A stretch of 64,000 bases of DNA from the human T2T-CHM13v2.0 reference genome, Homo sapiens. Positions 27,870 through 40,249 of this stretch are shown piece after piece. The number at the start of each line of letters is the position of its first letter. Within the stretch, counting starts at the first letter, position 1. The stretch lies in the NCBI RefSeq assembly GCF_009914755.1, contig NC_060929.1; one strand, 5' to 3'. Made by a program: the position numbers and the translations under genes. The notes under the pieces were generated by a model, which worked only from the letters and a program-made list of their open reading frames with translations, was not told where the DNA came from and did no database searches.

Positions 27870-28005
27870 CTTCCCAGCTTCTAAGCTATACAACCATGGA
27901 CACGATGTTTTCTCTCTATGCCTCAGTTTCCATGTCTGCAGACTGGGTATTACAATCGCAAGACAGATTAAATGATATGATGCATATAAAGAAACAAGCC
28001 TAGAA
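27870..28005 (+). mobile_element. MIR fragment
   Basis: CTCTATGCCTCAGTTTCCATGTCTG...GATTAAATGATATGATGCAT. Confidence 0.7.
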
Positions 28006-28544
28006 CTCACTAGCTCATGTCAAGTCCAAACCCTCTGCATGGGACTGTTCACTCCATTCCCCTGCACAGTGAGGTTTACAGTGACAGAAAGAACTGGCAG
28101 GTGTAGCGGAGGGCTGGGAAGTTCATTAGAAAGAGAAGGTGCCACTTTCTCTTATCTTGCCTGTCAACTGAACTTGTACATTCCTGGAAGAAAGCAAGTG
28201 TCCTGAAATAGCCACTTAAAATGAGTCTGTTAGAGTGGATTCCACATTAAGGGGGGGAAAAAAAGTACTTCTCCATCTCTTCTCCCTGTTGGCAGGCATA
28301 CAGGAAGATGATGAAAGGGCTACCACACCCTGCTGTGGACACTGGCCAACCTGTCGCAAATGTCCACAGGGAGTAAACAACAATAGTATTGATCCCTAAC
28401 ATGAAAGATACAGAAAAACAAGGACCAATGTTCATCTGACATTACCTGTCAACAGGTCAGTCTTTCCATGAGATTATAAATTTGTATGTCTGCCTCCGTC
28501 AGTATACTGTAGGCTGCCTGGGAGGCAAGGACACACTTCTTAAC

Positions 28545-28750
28545 AATAGCCCTTTTAGTAAATGCTTTCCAAGTACCAAGCATATATGTATTTATCTCAT
28601 TTAATATTCACGACGTTTAAGGAAGGCACTGCTATTCCCCTCACTGTGAAGAGATGACACCTAAGGCTTAGGAACATAAGTAACTTGCCCAAGTCCACAT
28701 AGACCATGAGAATGGTCAGTTTTGAACCCAGGTTTGTGTCTGGCTGTAAA
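28545..28750 (-). mobile_element. MIR within an L2 tail
   Basis: ATCTCATTTAAT...AAGTAACTTGCCCAAGTCCAC...TTTGAACCCAGG; L2 tail pieces at ~28440-28540 and 29040-29080. Confidence 0.75.
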
Positions 28751-28786
28751 GATTTTATATCTCAGGCCTTAAAAAGAAAAACCTGG

Positions 28787-29026
28787 CACCACCTGTTTCC
28801 AAATAACCCATGGAAATAAAAAAAATTTTAAAAATCGCCCAAAAAGTTAAAAAAAAAAGAAAAGAAAAATTAACATTAGAATGGCGCAAAAGCAATACAC
28901 GTTAAGTAAAAACTACTTTGAGTACTCATACAACAATTCTGTTTTTCACTTTCAGTATGGTATTCAATAAATTACCCGACGTATTCAATGCCTTATTGTA
29001 AAAAAAAAAAAGAAAGAAAGAAAAGA
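28787..29026 (+). mobile_element. Severely 5'-truncated L1 with 3'-transduced MER47/Tigger5-like sequence and a second poly(A)
   Basis: 16-bp TSD AAAAAGAAAAACCTGG at 28771-28786 and 29027-29042; L1 tip CACCACCTGTTTCC...ATGGAAATAAA; AATAAA 28966-28971 before A-tail at 29000. Confidence 0.85.
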
Positions 29027-29804
29027 AAAAAGAAAAACCTGGTGTGTAGTATGCGCCAATATTTGATGAATGAAGGAAGTTGGGTTTTTTTTTTTTTTCA
29101 GAAGAAAAGCTAAAGAACTGAAAGTCAGCATCTATACTACCCTTATAATCCACACTAGTCCTTACTGATTTCTTCTGAGCCACCTCTGGAATAAATCTAA
29201 TTGAGGAGCAGCAGGGTCTCCCCAAGGTTACTATACATTAAAAACAAAATCAACCTGAAAAAGCCAGACATTATGATTTACAATTTTATGTAAAACATGA
29301 AGGTAAAACTTACACGTGCACCTGTCTTATCGCCCCAACTCAACTGTAAGCCCCTGAGAATAGAGTCATACATAATACTTCTTGCACTGTCCCACAAGCC
29401 TCAGCAGAAATATGTGTCATCCCTGGGAAGGGTTCGAGGCCTGGTTAATATCCTGCTGTGAACTTGGCCTTCCCTCAACTTTTTATCCATGTGGAATCAC
29501 ATTAGATTCATCATTCAGGGCAGAAAAGAAAAGGAAAAGAAGTCACAAAATGACAGCAAGAGGCATGACCATGAAAATGTAGAGCAGCCCTCCCAGCCTC
29601 TGAGCTAGGTGATAGATATTTGTATTGATTCGACATCTAAATGTCCAGTCACTTTAGCACACCTAGAAAAACCCCTAGCAGATCCTCCACCTTCTTTATT
29701 GCTGCTCCTGCAATTCCTCTGTGAGGTTAAGTCAGTTCTACAATAGTGAAAGGGCTGGGAAGAGGGAGGAAGCAGGCTACAATCCACCAATACAGACAAA
29801 CTTG

Positions 29805-30000
29805 AAATCATGGGTTGAAGAAAATTTACACTTGAAAAATCCTTGGAAATGATGCAGTCAAGCCTCCTGATTTCACAGGCAAGTGAACGAAGAGAGCAAG
29901 TCAAGAATTGATTGGCTCATGGTTACACGATCAACTAGTGCCAGGGCGAGAACTTGAGCCCTGGTTCCTGGCTCCCAGTCCTCTGCTCTGTTGACTTACC
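29805..30000 (-). mobile_element. MIR3-like SINE
   Basis: CAACTAGTGCCAGGGCGAGAACTTGAGCCCTGGTTCCTGGCTCCCAGTCC. Confidence 0.7.
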
Positions 30001-31006
30001 TAGGCTGTCCCTTTACGAAGTGAGTAAGGGAAGAGACTACACACTAATGTGCAGTGCTGGGAAGAGTCAAGATGCTGACCAAGGGCGGGGTGGTAAGCAC
30101 AGTGTAGACCCGGAAGCCTAGTGCAGGCTTGTCAAGGAAGCTCCACAAGTTGGTCCAGTCTGACTCTCTTAGGGCCATGATTTTCCCCGCACATGGAAAG
30201 TCAGGTCAAAGGCCATTCAACTGGTCACTGAAATTTCAAACAGGTGGCTGTGATTACATGACCTTGGCTTTATTAGCAACTCTAAGGATGCAGTAAGCTA
30301 CCAAGAAAACCTAAGAATCAAATTTTGATAAATTAGAGCCCTCCCATTTTCATATAAACAAATCTAGAGTGAAATTAATAGTTTTCAAATTCCAGCCTTC
30401 TCATATTAATCAGAAAAAGACATTTATGATGCCAACACACATATAATTAGTCTTCTTTACAGCTTGATAGCAAGAAAAGAAAAAAAGAGGACCATGAGTT
30501 TCATACGAGTTACTCATGTGAAAATCTGAAATTAATAACTTCATGGACCTGAAAAAGCAAGAGCTGTATAGATTATTCAGAAGAAAAGAAAGATTTCTTT
30601 CCTTAAGCTTCAAATACTTGAATCTTTTCATTATGAAGTTCTGTCCAATTTAAATCTATTTCAGATTGTCCCAGAATAGCCTTCCTTGGTAACCTGTGCC
30701 AATCCTTTGTGAGTCTTACTCTAAAAAATGTCCTTCTATTAGCTAACATATTTCTTAAGCTAGTTCATGGCCAACATTCCCCTCTCTTGAGAATTGGACT
30801 AATAGTAGGTCCTCACTCTCCTTAATGGTGTTTTTTTCTCAGGAGTGTGGTGACTTGAACCATCAGCCTTCTGGTGAACTGGGCCTGGAGCACCTGCAAG
30901 CCAAGCCTACAGCCACAGAGTTGGCTGGCACAAGCTGCTGCTGTGACTGTGGCAGGCTGCTGTGACTTGGGATGGGGATCTTAGAACCTCCAAGGTGAAG
31001 CCATTG

Positions 31007-32256
31007 TCAGTACCTGCCTGATCTTGAAAGATCTTGGCCAGCCACATGTTCTCCTGTTTTTCCAGCAAGGTCAGCTTTCATGAATGATCTTGTAATTTTG
31101 TTTGTCTTCTGGCACCACAGCTGTCAAACTTTGCAGCATGAATCCATTCATGTTGCAAGATCCACAACACACCCAGTAAAGCTGGCATTGACCTTGAATC
31201 AATCTTCACTTGTAAACTTCATGTCTTGATATCCAATTACAGCATACTCACCCATCAAATCTTTCTGGGGTCCACTCAGAATCATGCAGTGAAAAGTCAG
31301 TTTGTGCAAATCATGTTCTCCTTCCACAGTGGTGTCCTTTGGTGGATAAGAAAGAGCTATATCTTGAATGGAAGGAGGTGGTTCTTTTAGCTAATGGAAT
31401 TTTCATAACTTCAAGAGAAGTCTGATTATTTTGGATCTGAGACTAAACTCTTTAAATAGTAGACTTTAAGTTCTTGCAGAAGCTTGTACCTATGTTCATT
31501 TTTGATAAGTACTTTTGTTGTATGGTGAATCTCAGCCATGATAGATGACCTTCCTTGTGTTTTTCTTCCCCAGATTACATCAATGTTAGGCACTTACTAT
31601 GTGTGAGGCCTTTTGCTTAGAGTTTTGAAAACAAGAGTATATCCTTTTGGATCACATTGTTCATCTTTATTAGTGCTCAGTTTTTAATGCTTTGTCCCTC
31701 AAAGGGACAAAGAACACAGGTGGGGAAGAGTGGGGCTTGAAAAGGGAGGCAGTGCAGGATGACCCTAAAGACATCATTCTCAAAGGAGAAGCTGTAAACC
31801 ACAATGTCTTCATTCCTCCCTAGAATAGCCCATGCTTTTATTGTCCTGTTTTGATTCTAGTAATTTTGCCCTGTTGCATCTCAGAAATAGGGAGTTTCAT
31901 AGATAAAGCAGCACTGTCTTTAATTGCCAGAAGTCCATTCTCTTTCAAGTTTCAAAAGAGTGCCTTGGTGAAGTTGTCTGTGTACACACTGTCAGAAGCC
32001 ATCAGATTTTCAGATTTGGTTCTGTCGCCAGGTATCCCAGAGTGTGCTCTTTTCTCCAACTGACATTTTGAGTATCAAAGGCTGATTTTTGTTCAATGAC
32101 CCTGTTGAAACCATTGACACTGAGCCCCTTCTATGCACCCTGAAAGTATTCTTAGCTGCCTCTACATTGCATAGAAATAAATGTTGGTGGTTTTGCAGTC
32201 CTATTCAAACTGCCATTGACCACATGATGTCTTGTCTTGTCATTTAGTTTTGGCAT
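31007..32256 (-). pseudogene. Decayed endogenous bornavirus-like nucleoprotein (EBLN-like) element
   Basis: Manual minus-strand translation across frameshifts gives colinear blocks matching BoDV-1 N as recalled: [116 protein letters not shown]..F...AS/[19 protein letters not shown]..F...AS, NMNGF/TMAGY; candidate GCCATG start at 32256; multiple stops and frameshifts. Confidence 0.72.
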
Positions 32257-33229
32257 GGCTATCCTCCATCTCCAACTAGATTCAGGAGATGAATTCACCT
32301 TTCTAACTCCAGAGAAGATAGTCTAGTTCTTCTGCCTATTTTAACACTTGGTCCCAGCTCAGAGCTCAGGTTTTTCTTGAAGGTCAAGATGCAGTTAAAC
32401 AAAGAGTCTTCCAGAATTGGGTTGCTTTGTTCTCTCAAAAATCACATATCTAAATCTCAAATCTTAAACCTCCAGAAACTCCCTCTTGCAGAAAAATTTC
32501 AAAGACCCAGAATATTACTATAGTTAGGAAGAAGCTAAATATTCAGCTGGTCCGTCACCCTCATCTTTTAGACACTGAAGTCTTTCTAAAAGGAACTTGA
32601 ATAACGTCTCGAGTTCCAGAGAGAGTTATTGGTTATTCCAAGCTCCAGAGAGAGCTTGGAAATGGTTATTCACCTTTGATGAACTTACTACTTTGGCAAA
32701 AATGTGTAAGTGAAAAAAATTCTAGGCCTTTTTCCATGCCCTGAGGGAGGGATAGTTTCAAGACTTCATTGGATCAAAACAACAATAAATAAAACTCTTT
32801 ACTTGTAAGGATGGATTGTTCTTCCAAGGATCTCAAAGTGGGATGTTATTAACAGAATTTTTTTTTTCTGTGTTTTTAATCTGGGAGTTAACAGCATCTC
32901 TACCATGATCGGAGGGGAACAAACAAACATGCCTACAATGTGCCTAGTTCTGTACAGTGGGCCAAACACATCTTCACTAAGAATTGCTTTTCTCGTAAAC
33001 TTGGGTACTTGATGAACCTGTCAACCAACATGGAAATTCCTCCCTTTTCAATTCAATATAATGGATGAAAACAAGTAGATTGATTAACTAAATAGCTAAC
33101 TAATGGGCTTCAGGACTGACTCTTATTGAAAGAATTCAGGACACAGTTCCTACATGTGAAATTGAACTTCACAGTTCCATAATGGGAGTCAAGTGTAATT
33201 TTTAAAAAATTTCTAAGTATGATAGTATG

Positions 33230-34060
<831 letters not shown>

Positions 34061-34449
34061 GTAAAATATCCTCTTCATCAGAGTATACTACTCCTATGGA
34101 AAAAAAATAACTTTAGATTAAATGATCAAAGAAAATAGTAAGCTTGAATGATAAAAATACACAAAGGTAAGTCACAACTATTACTTCTTTTTGATTCTGC
34201 ATTTATTTTAGGGAATGGATAAATAAATGTATGAGTGAAAGAATATGTGTGCTTAATTTTCAGAATTCACTTGAAGCTGTCCCCAGGGGATTATAGAAGT
34301 TGTCAACAAATAGGGTATTTTTCATATACAGTGATGGCAACTACCTACATGCCTAGAATAGCCAATCTGATTGTCCATCATCAGAAGGAGACCATGCTGT
34401 CCACCTTAGCCAATAAGCCACAGCATTAACAAGAAAGTTATTACTTTAG

Positions 34450-34700
34450 TTCAGTAAAATTTGACATTATCCACTGTGCATACGTTAGACTGCACTAGCT
34501 GCTACTGAGACTATAGAAGTGAGTAAACACTCACTTTTCACAGATGAGATGCTAGCCCTTAAGGAATACTGATTTTGTAGCTGAGACAGACCTACATGTG
34601 CAACAGTAATTCAACATAGGTGTGCTAAGGATGCTGGTGAAGGGACTGGGAAAATGATGTGGGAGTGCAGAAAAGTTAGCAATGAAATCAGACACCCTTA
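34450..34700 (-). mobile_element. L2 fragment
   Basis: GCCCTTAAGGAATACTGATTTTGTAG...GTGCTAAG...GGGAGTGCAGAAAAG reverse L2 tail. Confidence 0.45.
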
Positions 34701-34748
34701 GAGGGGGTGTTTTTTGCTTGTGTCTAGATATGTAGACAAAAACAACTG

Positions 34749-35072
34749 TGGGCGCGGTGGCTCACACCTGTAATCCCAGCACTTTGGGAGGCCGAGACAG
34801 GTGGATCACTTGAGGTCAGGAGTTTGAGACCAGCCTGGCCAACGTGGAGAAACCCCATCTCTACAGGTGGATCACTTGAGGTCAGGAGTTTGAGACCAGC
34901 CTGGCTAACATGGAGAAACCCCATGTCTACTAAAAATACAAAAATTAGCTGGGTGTGGAGGTGCTTGCCTATAATCCCAGCTACTCGGGTGTCTGAGGTT
35001 GCAGTAAGCTGAGATCATGCCACTGCACTCCAGCCTGGATGACAGAGCGAGACTCTGCCAAAAAAAAAAAAA
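34749..35072 (+). mobile_element. Rearranged AluS with 66-bp internal duplication and right-arm deletion
   Basis: 34797-34862 repeated at 34863-34928; right arm jumps CTGAGG|TTGCAGT. Confidence 0.92.
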
Positions 35073-38000
35073 TCATTTTATGCAGGGAAATGTTTTTGTC
35101 TAATCCACGGAAACTGTAGTATTCTGCACTCATGAGACTATTTTTCTTTTACAGTGTTCTATGATATTTTTATGACATCTTTCTAGGTTCTAAAAAATGT
35201 ACTTTACCTAAATATTTACATATATCCTCTTCAGATTTCATTTAATAAGAATGAGAACCTATCTCATCATCATTACTTAATGTTTCACCACTTCAGGAAC
35301 AAGGAGACTAAGACAAGGGTTCTGCTGAGTCATTTTTTCTTTTGCTGCTGTATTCCTATCTGGAACGTGGAGATGGCAATAGTTTCTGAGCCAGGACTGG
35401 AGCCCTGGTTCGTTTGGACACTTTTTGTTCAAGAAAGTTCCTACTGAAGATGTTAGTCTATAAAACATATAAAGGAACTATGGAGTCTTGAGTTTTTTAA
35501 AAAAATTACAGGTTGGCTCTGTGAGGAGGAACCAGAAGGCTATTCCAACCAATTCTCCCCCAACCTTGAAACCCTGACACTCTGTTCCTGGACAGTCTTT
35601 AGCCTTGGGAATAATGAAGGTGTTTCAGGAGTGCTGGTTTTTATCTTTCTAGGGAGCAGGGGAAGAATGATGATAGCTGTCAAAAACCCAGAGTATCACA
35701 CTGACTTGCCTTCTTTTCTCACTTGCTCCCTCCTTCCCCATTAAGTAATTTTTAGGGTAGGCACAAAGGAAAGGAAAGACTCCAGTCTCTTAAAGAATTT
35801 GCATTGTAATAAGACAAATCTAAATTTGTGTAATGAAGCCTTATAGTAAACTTGTATCCATACGCATCATAGGACATGGTGTTCTCAGATGCTCAAGTGT
35901 TGAATATTTGTGAATAGGGCTATTGAGAGTTAATCCATGAAGACTTTTGAAAGAAAGGAAAGATCTGAGTTTGAGCAGAGGCAAAACATCATGTTTATAT
36001 TAAGTGGAAGTTAAAAATGCTTTATTCAAGTTTGATTCAAAATCAGATTCTAATGGTCTAGCCTTGGTTTCAAGCTAAGCCAAATTTTGTTATTTTAATG
36101 ATGCGTTTTAGGAAATAGGGGGAAAATGGAGTAAAATGAGGTCTTTGGTCAGTATAAACACAAGTAAGATTGTGATGCTTGAACATGGTTCACTAAGTCA
36201 AAATCTGCCCTAAATATTTTAAATCTCTGAGCGTTTGAGAATCTGGGTGGTCTGAGCTCATAAAACAGCCTCTGTGAAGGCACAGTCTCTCTTCCGTTTC
36301 TCAGGACTCTGAGCAGTTGCTCACCAGCCATGTTGTCTGAATGACATAATTGCCAGATAAACCTTAGTGATACTGCAGAGTAATTACTTTAGAACAGTTC
36401 AATTAGTTTTAGTCTCATGTCTAGTTAAAATCATGCCCTTAGAAAGGTCATGTGAAAGACTCCAAAGAACTTAGTAGAGTATTTGATGAGGCCACAGTTC
36501 TCAGAAAGCCATCAAGCCATAGAAGCTGAAGCTACTCTCTCCTTCCTCCAGACCTTATCTTTAGGTGGGGCTTCATTTGCCAAAGCACCGCTCCTGGAGT
36601 CAGCCCAGGAGCTAATAGCATTGTGGAAGCAGGTTTAATGAACAGAAAGCCCCACTGAGCCAAGCATGAGCCTGCATTGTGCATATAGAAGCAATCATAC
36701 TTGAGCATCACTCTAAACGAGAGAGGGCCAGAGATCTTCCCATCCCACCAGGGAACCAGCATGGGTGTCACCCTCTGTAACAGCTTCATATGAGCTTTAC
36801 TTCTGGCCCAGGATCCCCCTCCCATGCCTTATTCCTTCACCTGTGGCTTTTCCTTATCACACTTTCCATCTGGGCAAGGAAAGCATGTCCATTCTCCTCC
36901 ATGGCTATTTGATCTTTCTCTCCAGTTTCTTCCATTCTCACTGCAGTTAAGACTGCTCTTTTCTATGATGAGTTACCCTTGCAAGCCCGAAGTCCTGCTT
37001 TCTATTCTCTTGAGAAAGATAAGTGCTTGATGTCCTATGGGGCTCTCTTCCCCAGAAAAATTCCATTATCTCAATGAGGACTGGAAGGCAAAACGTGAGT
37101 CCCTAATAGTCTCTATAAGTTGCCCTTTCCTTTCATAAGATATGGGATAAGGTGATAAGCACATAGAAGCACACAGTTTGCAGAAACGTTTTGGGTGCTA
37201 TCAGAAGAAACTATCAAAGAACAGGAATCACTTATAGACATAGGTTTTCAACATTTTAAAATTACATTTTTAATGGTTAAGTCTAAAGTGAGCTTTTAAT
37301 ATTTTCTAGACTTCCAGTAAAACCATTTAAACCCAATTAATATCTCAAAGAAAAACAGTTAATAAAATAAGAATAATTCTATTCCAATTTCTATAGAAAA
37401 AAACTAGTCACTGACTTAAATTACACTTTATTACCGATATCAGTAGGGAAAAAGCATTGTTTGAACCTGAGTCCCTAGTGTGAAATTATCATCAATAAAA
37501 TTATACCCAGCTCTTCTCATATTCAGGGAATTGTGTTAGAAGTAGAAATGAATTCAGATATAGGTAGAAATTCATACCCTAATATTTACTTGAGAAACTA
37601 GTGATTGTAATAAAGCTTGATTATCAAATGCTTAACTTTAGCAAAAGAAATACAAATGAGACTGGTTTGACAGTTTGGTAGTGGCTAGTGCAGAATTTGA
37701 TCAGAAGGGAATATGGATTTATATGGGTGTCACTCCTTTCTTCTGTACATTCCCTTGATATTTAGTTCTAAACAATAGTGATTTTTCTAGCATAGTCATC
37801 TATTTCCAAAATTATGAGGAATCACAAAATTATACAACTAATATGGTCCTCCCTATGTCTAGTTAGTAATTCTACCATGAGGAACTGATTATAAGGAAGC
37901 TGCAATCACCATGCAGTACCAATCTTTTAATTCTCCCTATCTCGTCTGGAGAAGCTAAAGAGGTAGCAAATACTCCTGGTTCAGATTCCTTCTGATGTCT

Positions 38001-40249
38001 CCTTTATGCTCTTTCCAGAGGTACCTCTGGCTCTGTTATCTCCTGGGGACTTATCTATGGAATTTCAACTTATGTCTTTTCAAGACCCTCATGCAGATTT
38101 TCTTCCTGAGGCAATTTATTAGTTATGTGTTGGGCTTCCTGGTTTATTATGAAATCTAAAACCTTAGCAAAGATGAAGGACCCAACTTTGATTCCCTTTA
38201 TCTCTGCATCATCATTTTCCTTGCCCTCTATTTCCTTCTCTGGAAACAATGACTCCTGTTCTCCATGTTCTTCAAGATTCTCTCTCCCCTGAACATCTGT
38301 GGGACTATAACACTGTACCCCCACCATGGTACTTTCCGTAGCCTAAATCCAAAAACAGTGAACAACCCCAAACCATCAGCCTGCTACTTCAGGCCTAACT
38401 TATTCATATAATGGAGGCATCTTGACCAGCACGCCCTGAATGGCAGCCTGACTGGGGCCTTTTTGCCAATGTGCTAGTTCACTCTGTTTAGTCTTTCCTA
38501 TGTGGAACATTGCTTCCAAATGGCATTCCAACTCAGATATTCCAGCTCCAAATCACTTGCCTTGACTACCTTTTAATACTCAATTTCATCATCTCTTGAT
38601 TCTTGCAACGCTCATCTTTTCTACCTATGCTGTGTTCCCATCCTCTGTCTACTGTCTAGAATTGATGCACAGCACCATCTTCCTGGGTGCCACATTGGTT
38701 CAGCCTGTCAATTAGGCTGGTTCTTCCATAGCCATGCTGCTTAAGTAATGCCTGTCTTGCATCTCCTGGTAGCTTAAGATCTTATTAGGTCAGTGCCATC
38801 TTCTGCACCCAACAGATTTCTTCCTGACCAAGTAAATGAAACTCAGAGTAAAAGATTATGAACTTATAAAAGAACAGCTGGGGCTCTCTTCTTTAGTGCA
38901 ATCAGGATCGGGTAATTGGTCCGTTAATTAAAACTCAGTGGGAGCTGAAGTACTGAACCCACCAGAGAGCAGTCTTCTTGCCACAAGCAAGAAGGTGAGA
39001 GATGGAAGGTGAGAGATAGTACCCTGTGCATGGGGTACTACCAGTTAAGCTGGTGAGTTGGTAAAGTGGAAATCAGTTAATAAAGCGTCTATTCTAATCC
39101 TCAGTTTTTTTTATAACACTTAGCAAAATTTACCGTCTAGCCTAAAACAGAAAAGAAAAAAAGTAAGATTTATGTTAAGCAGTAAACTTAACCTTGTGAC
39201 ATTCCCTAGTTCAGGGAAGTGGCCTCTTCAGAAGCTATATTCCACTCGTTCGTGACCCAGAACACCTTATAAAAATTATCAGTGCCCTTGGCTGAGGCTT
39301 TTTGTGAAATGCAGAAGATGTTAAGCACAAAAACTCAAATTCAAATCCCAAAGCAGATGGAACATGAATAATAGAAATCATAGTCTACTAATAATTCAAG
39401 AATAGCATCTTATGATTGGACCAATTCAGAGTGATAATTGCAACTTGGTACATTATTCGTTCATCTATTTGAAATCTTGGAAGGGACTCTACACAGCACA
39501 GTAAGGAGGCTTTGAGAGCCTAAAGCCGTTTCTGTTGTTGTTTGAATGGTGCCAGCCACAGCATGTTTAAACACCACTGCTGCTAGCTGGGTGCCAATGT
39601 GGTTTCACCAGCAAGTGTGGGCAAGGATTTTTTTTTTTTAAACTGAAAAGGATTGCTTCCAAAGCATGAAATCAACTGTTAAATCTATCTACTTTTTAAA
39701 AACATCCTCTATTTATACTTAGTGAATCTGTGCAAAAATCTTGTCACAAACACACTTAACTCCATGGCCTTAGTGAGAAACCTCTGCTGGCGGGGCTCCG
39801 ACCTATAATCAAAGCATTAAGTGATCTCTCCACTCCCCTTCCTCCATTCATCGACAGCCCTAGCCAGTCAACAAATGGATTCTCAGGAGCATACCCAGAT
39901 GAATCCAGGGCCCTGACAGGAGACCTATGTAAAGGTAGACCACTTAGGGATAATCACCAACCGTTTGAAGGGCATTTGTTATTAAAGGATTTTGCTTTTT
40001 GGGTTTTGTTTTTTAGCAAAAAGAAAGAAAGAGAAGAAAGAGAGTAGGTTTAGAGATGCAGACTGCCAAATTCATAAGTATTTGTATGATTATAAATACT
40101 AAAATGTACACATAAATTGTCCACATGGATCTGCTACTTTCTTCTTGGCCCATAACTGGATTATTTATTTCTCGAGTAAGGACATTGCATTCCCATTCGT
40201 TGCTCACATGCTTTAGCTTTCATCAAACTTTGTGTAATGCCCTACACAC

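Noticed and set aside
31050-31260. Filovirus NP-like or alpha-kinase-like motifs (GEYA...EKQ; MKFT/FKVN)
   Set aside because: These need several gaps and cover one block only, whereas the bornavirus N match is ungapped there and extends over most of the protein
31570-31640. Resemblance to a reverse L2 tail (CACTTACTATGTGTGAGGC)
   Set aside because: The same bases encode the THSKCLTLM block colinear with bornavirus N, and the spacing leaves no room for an insertion
32050-32200. Caspase-like motifs QCRG and NVSWR on the minus strand
   Set aside because: Spacing is too short, there is no catalytic His region, and the bornavirus N alignment explains the surrounding region better
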